A stretch of DNA of 64,000 bases. Origin: Eledone cirrhosa (Eukaryota). A model generated the notes under the pieces. The model did not search any database and was not told the DNA's origin. It was given only the letters and a program-made list of their open reading frames with translations. Positions within the stretch are counted from its first letter, which is position 1; each line of letters begins with the position of its first letter. A program made the translations under genes and the position numbers. Where the stretch lies: NCBI GenBank assembly GCA_964016885.1, contig OZ024756.1:41044001-41108000 (forward strand), given 5' to 3'. Below, one piece after another: positions 1-12,700 of the stretch.

Positions 1-115
1 GTTTATATATAGAAATAATTGGATATATGCCTCCATTAGACTTCACCTGCTGAATTAAAACAAATCTGTAGCATACCTTTACAACAGTAAATAATCTTTT
101 CTAACAGGCATACAT

Positions 116-204
116 TTAGGAGCAATGACTTGTGAATTCAGATCTGGCTGAAGGTGCTGGTAACTCTGGCAGAGAGCCAGGGTCCCACATCAGGTTTTTA
201 GGGT
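116..204 (-). CDS. Possible terminal coding exon, gene unassigned
   Basis: First AG after a long T-rich tract (ttttgtatttggaag|). Only the phase-1 frame is open: DPKNLMWDPGSLPELPAPSARSEFTSHCS*. Locally GC-richer than its flanks. No recognisable homology. Confidence 0.25.
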
Positions 205-1629
205 CTTCCAAATACAAAATGAAAGATGTGGAAATAATAAATAAAATTAAATAAAAACAAAATGTGAAAATTCCTTGAGATTCGTTACATCTACTGAATG
301 GGTAGGAATTTTTAACAAAAATGTGTTGAGATAATTAGCAGTAATTCACACACAACACTCTCTCTCATATTAATGAATTAAACTCTCATGTATTTGTTCC
401 ATTCCCTTTAGCTTGTATATTTTAATAAACACTTTATTTTTATATTTGTAATTTTTCCTTAAACAAAGATATACTTATAAGCATTCATCTTGCTCAGGGT
501 TAGGGGACCATATTTTGCTTTATAATGTCCCATTATTTTAGTAAGATTTTTATGGCTAGATGCCCTTCTTAATGCCAACCACTTTAAAGAGTGTACTGGG
601 TGAATTACCACTAGAGAGGGTATATCATTGGCAATACTAGGTGGATCCTTGCAATCCTATTTTGTCTCTATTCAATATGTGTGTGTGTGTGTGTGTGTGT
701 GTACATAAAATCAATATATCAATATTCCAGAATCAGATAGATCAACAAAAAAATAACCATCTTGAAAACCATAGTAACAAGCAAAATATATCTATATGTG
801 TGCATGTGCAAGTGTGTGTGTGTGTATGTGCATAGATATATTTATATATACATTTGCATACATTATTACATTCACAAATACACACTGGAACTCACATGCA
901 TAGACAGATAGGCATCCACTTAGTGTAACAGTATGTATGTATAACTGCTCATGCATTCACTTATGTATATATGTATGTATGTGACTATATATGTATGTAT
1001 GAGTGTTTGTATGTATGTACATATGAGTGAGTGTAAGTGTATTTCTATGTATGTCATAGGAACATGCTTTTTCTATTAAATATCTGATAAATTGCTAGCA
1101 GCCAATATATCATACATCATATACATCTATAAATATTATACTACATTCAAAATAGATGTAGGTAGTATTTTCTTTCCTTAATCACTTCAAAAATATTTCA
1201 AATCTGACTTATAATGATAACCAGGTTTAGAACTTCATAGAAACACCAACACTGGCGCTCAGAATTAGTAGACTTTTTACTGGGTTGGAACCATTGTCAT
1301 AATAGCTGACACCACCCACAATAACACCACAGCCACAACTACCAACACTGTCACAACCACCACTACCACTACCAAAAAAATGAAATAAAGAAAAAAGGAG
1401 AGAAAAATGGGCAAAAATGGAATGGAGCAAAGTGTAAATTCTTGTCTGTGACCCACAGACAAAATAGTGAAAGCTTTGTTGCAGAGAACAGCCAGTAATA
1501 TCTGCTGCATTGGTCATTCCATCTCCTTTTTCTCAATTTGGTGGAGGAAAACAGCAGCCCCTGGAGGTTAAGAACACCAGAGGTCTCAACAGTGATATAT
1601 GATGATGATGATGATGAATATATATACAT

Positions 1630-1968
1630 GGAGGCACATGGCTTAGTGGTTAGAGCATTGGCCTTGTAATCGAAAGGTTGTGAGTTCAATTCTCAGACCG
1701 GGTGATGTGTTGTTTCCTTGAGCAAGACACTTTATTTCACATTGCTCCAGTTTACTCAGCTGTAGAAATGAGATGATAGGGAGTGGGGTCCCTATCATTC
1801 CACAGTAAAGTGGTCGTGGAGGTGCCACGGCAAAAAAAGCACCCAGCACTCACTGTAAATGAGGTTGGTGTTAGGAAGGGCATCCAGCTGTAGAAATCAA
1901 GCCAGAATCAGTTCCCGTCCCACCCTTGCAAGCAGGGAAAAGCGGACGTAAAATGATGATGATGATGA
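1630..1968 (+). mobile_element. tRNA-derived SINE with an RTE-type 3' tail
   Basis: A box TGGCTTAGTGG (1639-1649), B box GAGTTCAATTC (1682-1692), central ccttgagcaagacacttta domain, 3' end cccacccttgcaagcagggaaaagcggacgtaaaa(tga)n. Confidence 0.85.
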
Positions 1969-1992
1969 TATATATATATATATATATATATA

Positions 1993-2473
1993 TAGTGGCG
2001 GACTAGGTCTAAAAATATTGGTTGCCAGAAGATGAAGGGTGCCCACCTACATATAGAATGCTATCATTTAATTTTTATAATGAATAAATAACATTTTCGA
2101 AAAATAGATAAGTGGAAACAAAACAGTGCGATCAAATTTTTGTGAAAAAATATCTTACCTTCTCCAATAAAAAAATATGTATTTTGCGAAATCCAGAGTC
2201 TTTTGATAATGACCAGAAGTCGACCCTAAATATTACTAATAGCTCTAGGAAAGCCATGAACGACACTGCATCTTTTTGAAAGTTGGTTTATAATTATCAA
2301 TTTTCATTATACTTTTGTAGTTGTCTTTCTCTTAGATTTCAGGTATTTTTGAAAGCAAAGCACTGGCCCCTAAAATATTACAGTGGGCCCTGCAATGTTA
2401 CTGTGGGATCTTGCAGTGCTACCGTGGGCCCCCTGGGTCCCACTTGCCATTGGGCAACCTGGCCAGTTCACTA
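1993..2473. mobile_element. hAT-like non-autonomous element
   Basis: Left end tagtggcggactagg, degenerate right end ggccagttcacta, subterminal gggccc repeats, inserted beside (TA)n. Confidence 0.5.
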
Positions 2474-3863
2474 TAGTCATTAAAACAACAACAGAAAGCC
2501 TACTGTCTACCTCGATACAAACGTGAACCTAAACATCGAGTGCCCACCCAGGTGAACCTATAGTAACTCTGTGTTACACTCCCTGGAGAGAGAGAGAGAG
2601 AGATGTTGAGTCTTAAAGAAGAATACAGAACTAGTCTTGTAAGAGTCACTTTTTAATAAGTGTGCATGTGTGTAAAATAAAGAACAGCAGGCTGTTCAAT
2701 GATGGAGAAATAGGATATATAATAAACCAACACATAAACAATAACCCTCACAGATGAGTAAATATGAAAAAAAGCAATTTATAGACCAATATCAGTTTAT
2801 AATGCACTGATAAACTGGTCAAATATGTTGGAACCTCAACAGCTGTCAACCAACTTGTTTATTCCAAAGTTTACATTAAGCAGCTGACAGATTCTACAGA
2901 AGAGATGGCAATATTCTAAACTCAGCATGAAGCCAGTTGGCAAAATGGATAATGTGAATTTTTAAAGGCCAGGAATAAACTGGCTAATGTATTATTCCAC
3001 TGAAATATTTATTCAGCAGCTTTAATCTAAAGTACAGCAAGCTAATTTATAGGAATAAAGACAAATATATTTCTTTTTCAATCTTTTTCATAAAATTTAA
3101 GTTATTTCAAAGAATTTCTCAGGAAGTGAAATTTCTATAAGTAATTACCTTATATAGAATAAAGAAAAAAGTAAAGTCAATTTTAAACATTCATTTTTAA
3201 GAACATAAAACCTTTATTCATTTCAAACATTCTAATAAAGCAGGTTTTCAAACCCTCACCACTACCCAAGGAAAATGTGGAATTTCAAAAAGTTGACAAA
3301 ACTCTATGATATATCTAAATATCTTTAATATGTTATGTAAATTAAATATTTTGAGTTTCTTCTTTAATACTTTTAAATATTTTTAAAATGCTTTCAACAT
3401 CACAACATTCTACATACACATTATACAGATAATCCTCACAACAATACAACTGCCATATTCATAAACAAAACCATTAAGATACATAAGTGGGCATATCTAA
3501 GCTACAGTTTCAAAACACACAAGCCCCCAACACGAAGACAACCACACCATTCTAAGTTGCTGTCATTACCATTTCACCTAGACAACCTCACAACATACAT
3601 TATCATCAAAATAGCCACAATACTAATTCACATTATTCAAACTCAATGCTAGGTTGCCACATCCACTAATATATCCCTAAATAATCATTGCCTAGTAACT
3701 GGTATCACCCTCACCTCTTTCATACATGTGTGATGACAAACAAAAACAGCTTTGACAGCAGTTAGGTTTAATAACTTCTGTGTCACACTTCACCCAACAC
3801 AACAAAATACTGAAGAATAGAAAATGCAGGATAGCATGACATTAAAGGGGGTGGTAAATAAAT

Positions 3864-4049
3864 AATTGTTTCTACTTTAGGCACAAGGCCAGCAATTACT
3901 CAGTACATTACTGGTACTTTATTTTATCGACCCCGTAAGGATGAAAGGCAAAGTTAACCTCGGCGGGATTTGAACTCAGACTGTAAAGGGACGTAACTAT
4001 GCTAGAAAGCATGGCGTCCAACCCTCTACCGATACTGTCAATTCACTGC
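3864..4049 (-). mobile_element. Young tRNA-derived SINE (family A)
   Basis: Near-identical to the copies at 5094, 19694 and 50511. TSD aataaataat. Confidence 0.9.
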
Positions 4050-5093
4050 AATAAATAATATTTGCTCAAGTAGTCTTGACATAGATTACTTAAGAACATT
4101 AACAAAAATATTATATACTGTGTAATAATATATTGCTGGTTAAAACCATACCCAGCTCTAAATTTTGATAAATTCACTTTTTTTCCATTTCATTGTATTT
4201 GATGGGTAAATTGAAATAAATTGTACTATAAATATTATTGATAGTATAAAATTATCAAGTTTTAGAAACATATTTATCACAAAAATTGTTCTGTCATGGG
4301 TCATTATTTTTCTAATAATAAAATAAATTACGATAGGCTTTTGAATGTAGTTTTTGTAATAGTTGTAATGATAACATATACAGCTAGAGAGGTAGAGTAA
4401 AACAAATGAGAATCAGATCAGATAAAATGTTCCTAGATCCATGAATATTTGAAAATAGAACATATTCAAAGAGCATGATAGCATCTATTTCTGAGTGGTA
4501 CATTTCACCAAATCAGTTAATTTTCATGAAATTCCATATAGTAGTACATTTAACATAGTAAGCAAGGTTAGATGTACTAAGAAAGATTTACTTTCAAGTC
4601 AGGTTTACTATTCAATATAAATAGGTTATATAGTTGTTGATTTTTACTTTTTATGTTAATTGTTACACATATTCAATAGCAGGCTTACTGCAAACTGGCA
4701 CAAAACATTAAATAAATATATAATACTTTGTAGTAAATGTATGTTTATCTATAATCTGCCTTTAACAATAATTTATTCAGAACATGAAAACAAAAGGGAA
4801 AAATACTAACTAAATATCAAATGTCACTAAAATGGCATTAATGACAACTGCATGTAATGAAATACATGAATATTGATGGAATATTATGGCTAGGAGGATA
4901 GCTTGAAAAAAAAAAATCAAAAAAATCTTGATAAATATCTCGTTAAGCTAAATCTAACATTGAAGCATTCAAGTCTAAACACAATATATTGATCTGTATA
5001 CAGACAGAACATCAGAATTCAGAGAGCATTCACCTTATTCATTTGAAAGATTCACTGTTGCCAGAATGTAAATTTCATAGCATTATTATATCT

Positions 5094-5279
5094 GCAGTGG
5101 ATTGGCAGTATCGGTAGAGGGTCGGACGCCATGCTTTGACGCATAGAGTTACGGCCCTTGCCATTCTGAGTTCAAATCCCGCCGAGGTTAACTTTGCCTT
5201 TCATCCTTACGGGGTCGATAAAATAAAGTACCAGTAATGTACTGGGTAATTGTTGGCCTTGTGCCAAAAAGTAGAAACA
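5094..5279 (+). mobile_element. Young tRNA-derived SINE (family A)
   Basis: A box tggcagtatcgg, B box gagttcaaatcc, central ctttgcctttcatccttacggggtcgataaaa domain. 12-bp TSD attattatatct (5082-5093 and 5280-5291). Confidence 0.9.
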
Positions 5280-5810
5280 ATTATTATATCTAGCAAATTA
5301 TACAAGTGAACTGTAAAGGAATTATTATCCTTGCTCATAAACATAAGTCATTACGGAATTTTAAGAATCTGTAAAGACATTATTTCTTATTTCAGTCATA
5401 AACAATATTAAATCACAACACTTAGAAATATTAATTCATTATAATATATATTATAATATATTTTCTATTCATACAATTTAATAAATTGCATTTCACAATG
5501 TCTGGTGTTGTATGGGTTGTCCCAGTTTGAAAGATTGAAGAGCCTTGCTTTGCTCTCATACATTATATATATATATATGTGTGTGTGTGTATGTATATAT
5601 ACACACACATATGTATGCTAGTTTGGAAAGCAAACAAAGTGACAATAATGAGAGAGAGCAAGAGAAAGATTTTATTAAATAGTGACTAAACATTATATTT
5701 ATTTCTTTTCAATATACAAATAATCCCATTCATTCTGACTTTACTAAAAACAGAAGTAATAAAGAGTTAGTTAAATCTATCTTTAGATGACAAAGGAACA
5801 TGATTGTGGA

Positions 5811-6716
5811 GACATTGTGGGGAGGGGCAGGCCATCCCAGGTAAGTAAGGTGAGATATTGTACTGGAGAGGAGAAGGTCAGCCCAGGTAAGTATGGTGAG
5901 ATATTGTACTGGAGAGGAGAAGGTCAGCCCAGGTAAGTAAGGTGAAATATTGTACTGGAGAGGAGAATGTCAACCTAGGTAAGTAAGGTGAGATATTGTA
6001 CTGGAGAGGAGAAGGTCAGCCCAGGTAAGTATGGTGAGATATTGTACTGGAGAGGAGAAGGTCAGCCCAGGTAAGTATGGTGAGATATTGTACTGGAGAG
6101 GAGAATGTCAGACCAGGTAAGTAAGGTGAGATATTGTACTGGAGAGGAGGTCAGCCCAGGTAAGTAAGGTGAGATATTGTACTGGAGAGGAGAAGGTCAG
6201 CCTAGGTTAGTATGGTGAGATATTGTACTGGAGAGGAGGTCAGCCCAGGTAAGTAAGGTGAGATATTGTACTGGAGAGGAGAAGGTCAGCCTAGGTTAGT
6301 ATGGGGAGATATTGTACTGGAGAGGAGAAGGTCAGCCTAGGTAAGTATGGTGAGATATTGTACTGGAGAGGGGCAGGCCAGCCCAGGTAAGTATGGTGAG
6401 ATATTGTACTGGAGAGGAGGTCAGCCCAGGTAAGTATGGTGAGATATTGTACTGGAGAGGAGAAGGTCAGCCCAGGTAAGTAAGGTGAGATATTGTACTG
6501 GAGAGGGGCAGGCCAGCCCAGGTAAGTATGGTGAGATATTGTAGTGGAGAGGAGAAGGTCAGCCCAGGTAAGTAAGGTGAGATATTGTACTGGAGAGGAG
6601 AAGGTCAGCCCAGGTAAGTAAGGTGAGATATTGTACTGGAGAGGAGAAGGTCAGCCCAGGTAAGTAAGGTGAGATACTGTACTGGAGAGGGGCAGGCCAG
6701 CCCAGGAAAGCATGGA
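5811..6716. repeat. Minisatellite, 46-bp unit with 43-45 bp variants, about 19 copies
   Basis: Unit gtaagta(a/t)ggtgagatattgtactggagaggagaaggtcagcccag. Confidence 0.97.
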
Positions 6717-9700
6717 AATGTGATTATTTAAATTGTGATGATGATGATGCATTGATTATGTGTGTATACATCTACATGTTTGTGTAGATGATGTATTTCT
6801 AAGTAACAGAACAAAATGAAAGAACTAGGACTTAAGGGAGTCTAGACCCAGTCAAAATCATAGCCCCATCTCCTACACTTCCACCCTATTATACAAGTAC
6901 AGCTTTAGATAGAAGTTTTAAAGTTCTAAAAGTGTGGTTTCTATTATTGTCAAAAGTTTTCTTTGTTGTAGCTTTACAATTGATAACTGATGAGGCATGA
7001 GTGAAACAAAGTCTTTCTATGGACTATAAACCTGTTATCCAGTTGAATTATCATTATATTAATAAGGTACTCCCTCTACCATTACAGCCTCTACAACTGT
7101 CATATATCTTGGTATAGACATACACAGTACTTGTATACAATGACTTTTAATTTTTGAATTAGCTACATAAAAATAATTCTAAATCCTATTTTTAAATTGA
7201 ACTTTTAACCACACACACTCACATTACAGTTTAGTCAGAGAAGCAAGGGGCGTACCCATGACCTTTCTCAGGGTGCCAGAGAATGGTGGAAGGAAGAGAG
7301 GAAAGTAACTTTAAACCAAGGAGCTGCTTGCAATAGAGTGTGTTCAGCTAAAGGGAGCCAAGGGCCATGTTGTGATATTAAACAAGAGTAATGGATCAAG
7401 TCCACTACTCAATCCTATATAAAATATAAATAAAATACAAATATAAATAAAATACAATATTTCTATTTGATGTCCTAATAATTGTTTCTACTTTTGGCTC
7501 AAGGCCAGCAATTACCCAGTACATTACTGGTACTTTTAATTCATTTCAACTTATTAACATATGCCAATGTGGCTGCTTCAACCTGCTAGAAAGAGCAGAT
7601 AATTCTGGATACTACTAAAAAGATGGGATGGTCATAGCTGGAATCCCAAGGTTAGACAACTATAACAACTTAGTAAATTAACATTAATAGATAAAAAGTC
7701 TAAATAAAGGGTGGTTTTAAGAACACTCCCTTGATCACCATCACCAACAACAGCATTAATGGTTGAGAAAAAGACATTAATTATATCAACTGCTGATTCA
7801 CAATAGCTCTGAAGACAACAAGAGAATTTATGGAGCTAAAATATAAAGGTTAGGCACCAATGTAAAAACAATTATTTTAAATGCTTCAGTGTTTAGTACA
7901 AAACTATAACAGCTGTTAGAATGACTGCCTATGAACCAGCTTTGACCTCCTCCAAAATATGTGAGGGAGTGATGCTATATCTACTTTTCTATAGATTAAT
8001 GAACATATGAACATATTTCACTCTGATTAGTGATAACTAAGATTTCAGATAACAGTTGTTTTAAAGTAATTTACAAGAAAGCCTTCTTTGGTATAATGGT
8101 AAAAAATGCAAGAAAGAAAATATATTCAAACAAAGAATTAATGCATATGAAAAGTCTAAAGTGTGCCTCAAGCCTGGATATGCTTATGTATGTGTGTGTG
8201 TATATATATATATATCATTGTCATTTTTCCATGCTGGTATGGGTTGGATAGGACCTTTTGAGGCAATGTTTTACAGCCAGATGTCCTTCCTGGCAGCAAT
8301 TCATTGCAGGAATATGGTGTACCTATTCTAAACCTGATATATATTCACAGCCTTCAAGGATGAGTAGAAATTACATTGATTTGATGGAGAGAACTACACC
8401 TAAATCAAAATACATGGTACCCAAATAACCTTACCAACAGGTTCAACTATTATAACAAAGTCTGCTGCTATTAAATTGACCACATTAGCCATAAGGAATG
8501 TTTAAATATTGATTGGGAGAGTATAGAAAAGAGAAATATATGATGTAAAGAATTGTAGATGCTTTACATAAGTATCTTAAGTTTAATATTCATATACAAG
8601 TATATTATCAAAGGTATTCTTTTGTCTTACATTTCCATTATAATAAATAGTTGTGTTTAAATAAAAACCACAATAATTATAATGGCATTCAGTGAGGCTT
8701 AAATGAACATCATAATTATACTTTAAATGGCTACAGTTAATTCTTTTTCTTTGATAACATAAAGAAGTCTTTAATAGGCTTTCATAATCAATTTTAAAAA
8801 ATATTTATGATTATTAAAAACAAACAATATAAGAGGCTTTCCATCTTTATTCTATTGTCAAGTGCTGTAGTCTTTCAGTGATGTTAAATGATGATGCTAT
8901 TCAGAATATAGCCTTAAACAGTTAAAGTGTGAACAATTTATGATTCTGGCAGTGTCTGAAGTTGACATCTTTGTACTTTAAGTGATAATCAATTTTTTTG
9001 CTAATATACAAAATAGTAAATATCTAGGGCCAAATATACTTGAGAGACCAATTCCATAGACTAGAACAGTGCTGTATGTTATTCTAAGTAGAGTATACTA
9101 ATTGTAAAGTATCACAAGTTAAATTAATCATTTCACTCATGAAAGGAGCAGCTGCCAAGAAAGGTTGGCAAAGGACATTCTAAAGAAGAGAGAATATTAT
9201 TTGATAAACAAGGGTTAATATGGCAAGCAAATGAGAGACAGATCTCTCCCCAGCCAGTCAAATTAAGATAATATAGAATTAGAATTAAGTAGACTGACCA
9301 GACACCCAATAAAACAGTTGGTAAAGCTGTCTGTGAAACTGTTAACCCCATCATTGATTTTAATTTTTCCATTCTCTACCAAGTACATTTTATGATACAA
9401 TAGAAAACTACTTATTTTAAAATGTCTATCTAACAATCTCCCATCCTACATTTATTTTTTTCTTTTACTGACCAAAACCATTTGATAGAAAAATAAAGAA
9501 ATAGTAAAACTGACTGGTTCAACATTACTGTCACATATTTTATTATTTGGGAAGAATGTAACATTTGTTATTAACTGTTTACATCTAAGTTTCTTTTACA
9601 GAAGTTACTGGCTTATCAAAACAGTATGAGATAAACATTCCCTTATACATGGCCCTATGTTTAGGTAAGAGGTCCTAGGTCCTAGTAGTGCACATACTGC

Positions 9701-12700
9701 TAATACTAGATGTAGTAAATACCAACACAAGAGGAGGGAGGAGAGGAATGGTAGGAGTGGGTTAGGGAAAAGAACAGGTGGGGAACGGATAGGTCAAATA
9801 AACAGAAGGGAGCAAAAGAGTATATGTGTGTGTATGTTGGGATGGGGGGACATATTGACCACCTGCTAATGTAGTAAATAGAATTCCTAGGATTGAAGGC
9901 CATAAGTTAAAAACAACCCAAGGCATATTTTACAAATATTTTCTTGTTATTAAATAAAAATTGTTTTCATGTTTTTCAGTAAAAATTATTCACAAGTTAA
10001 CTTGGAAAAATATTTAAAAACAAAACAAAATAAGTTTTGTGGAGCAGTATTAGAAGGATGAAAGGCAAAGTTGACCAGCATTTGGATTTTAAAAAAGTAA
10101 AGGGCACTTGTTTGATGCTCTAACAACACTGCTAATTAACCACCCTTCACTTAATACTGACAAAGTTAGTTATATGAAATATCTTTAAAATCTTTTCAAA
10201 ATAATTTTAAAACAACAGGCAGTGTTTTTCATTAAAAATATGGTAACAAAGGGTTTAAAAACAGACAGTGTCTTTCGTAAGAAATATGGCAATGAAAGGG
10301 TTAAAGATGTTTTTTTTCAAAATATTTTTCAATTATCTTGATTACATTTCTGAAGTCAATTTCTCATACAAGTTTGCAAATCTCTCCAAAAATAATAATG
10401 ATAGAACAATTTAAGAGATATAAGGAGTCCAAAGCTATGAGGTAATGATGAACAACCAAACTTTTAGTGGAGTACATTAACCAATTCAATAAATAAATAA
10501 AAACAGACAGTTCTCTTCAAGCAGAAGCAATTTGACTAGCAGAATCTTGATGATGCAGCCAGATAATGCATTTTGTCATGATTCCAGACTTATTAAATCT
10601 GACATATTTTTATAGAGAAAAGATTCTTATTTGACTATTATTCCCAAGACCTTTACCCCATTCAAGATCATTAGAATGAATAGAAAGAATGAATCAATAG
10701 ATATAAAAGTGTGTCAGGGTAGTGAAGGAGAAAAAAAAAGTGATATTAATGATACAACCATGGATGAGAATCATTGAAAAATAAAAAAATAAAAATCACT
10801 ATTTGGCAAACATTCCATTATTTTTGTGAACAAATATTAAAATATTCAAAGAAAAGGTTTTAACAAAATATCTCTTAACTTAATGAAAAAATAATTTTTC
10901 AAAATTTCTATGGTTCTTTAAAAGACATTCTTAAATTTTATAAACTTGAAAAATCAATAAAAAGAAAAGTATTGTTATGTCAGAAATGATCATTATACAT
11001 AGGAGAAATACTGCCCTCTAGACAGTCACATTTATATTATTAATTTTTTTTTTAAAGTCTAATTGTAAACTATTAATATACTTATATAGAGTGGTTATAT
11101 ATTTATATATATACAGAGTGTATCCTAATTTTGTAAAAAAAAAAAAATACCCAAAGTTGGTAGAGCACCCAATCCAAAGAACAAGTGGTGGTATACAGTT
11201 ATTTATAACACTAACTTATAGAGATTGCTGGAAAAAAAATTGGTTGACAAATGAGAGAGATGAGGTTAAGAAATAAGATTGAAATACAGAGAGCAAAACC
11301 AACCCCAGTACTCAATTGGTACTTAATTTATTGACCTCAAAAGATGAAAGGCAAAGTTGACCTCAGCAGGATTTGAACTCAGAGTGCAGAAAGCAGAAAT
11401 GAATACCAGGAAGCCTTCTATCCAATGTTCTAGCAATTCTGTCAATTCACTGCCCAAACAAATACAAATCAATTAACAAAATAATTTCTTTGGCCAAATT
11501 TCAACTAGTTTTAACTTTCACTGTTTAATTTATGTTCAATTGAAAGGTGGTGAGACCAGATGTAGGTCATTAGTATCATCAAGACACATTTTTTTATAGA
11601 GAAGAAAAGTACTAATAGCACCATTTCAGCTAGGAATATCAAAATCTGAAGGTTACAACAAAAGATTAAAACATTATCTCTAAAGTATCACATTAAAGAC
11701 ATATCATATTAAAAACAATGAAGTAGAGAAGTGATAAGAACAATAATTACAATGCAACAAGTTTATTTATTTCACATAATTTTAAAAGCATTATGAAGTC
11801 AAACTCCACATTCCCTATAATGTTAATGGTATTACCAAGTTAAACTATATTTATTTCCTATAATGTGAAAGGTATTATGAGGCCAAACTCCATATTTAGA
11901 AATGAGTTTAACTTTTTTAGTTTGTACAATTCCCAAACACTACAGCAGTTATCATATAATATTTCAAAGAAGCATCTAATGAAGTAAAGAAGTTTTAAGG
12001 AGGTCATCAGTCTGTTTATTGAATATATCATATTAAAAACTGTATTTTCTATTAGATATAATTAATTAATTAATTAATTAATTAAAATATTATTTTAGAT
12101 GAAGGCAATTGTTCTTGAAAATACCTAATTAGATATATACTCATCCCTTCTAGAAACCACCTAATGTATATACTTATGTATATATATATATACTCACGCC
12201 CTCTAGAAAAGACCTAATGTACATACTCATATATGTAGACTCACACCTTTTGCCATGAAAACATGCAACAACATACATCATATGTACTGAGTATACAAAA
12301 CCTCAATACAAAATCTATGATAGATTGTAATGGCCAAAAGCAGCTATTTGACACTGCGTGTGGGATGTTAGCTCACAGTACCTAATGTAAATACATGTGA
12401 TTCTAGTTACTACAACTTAGTTAAACACTAATATGCCTTTTAAAATGCATAACAGAAAGTCTTGGAATAAATGGATGGTTGCAGAAAGAAATGGTGAAGC
12501 AGGGTATTATAAAGCACCACATTTAGAATTTGCTACTTACTGAATGGAGTACCACAAGGACCTATTTTCTTACCTGCTTTTTTTAACTTGTCACCTTACC
12601 ACATCTCTACAAAGCATACACACTAATGTATAGATGGAAAACATAACTGTCACAGCCTCACAACAGTATGTTTCTTAAAAACACATACAATCTGCATTTA

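Noticed and set aside
1630-1700. tRNA gene
   Set aside because: It is the tRNA-like head of a SINE, continuing into SINE body and tail.
5811-6716. Possible CRISPR-like array
   Set aside because: No unique spacers; it is a plain tandem repeat in eukaryotic DNA.
12536-12612. Cluster of three minus-strand GTAAG donors after a weak acceptor
   Set aside because: Weak pyrimidine tract, and stops in all frames for the longer exon options; compatible with chance.
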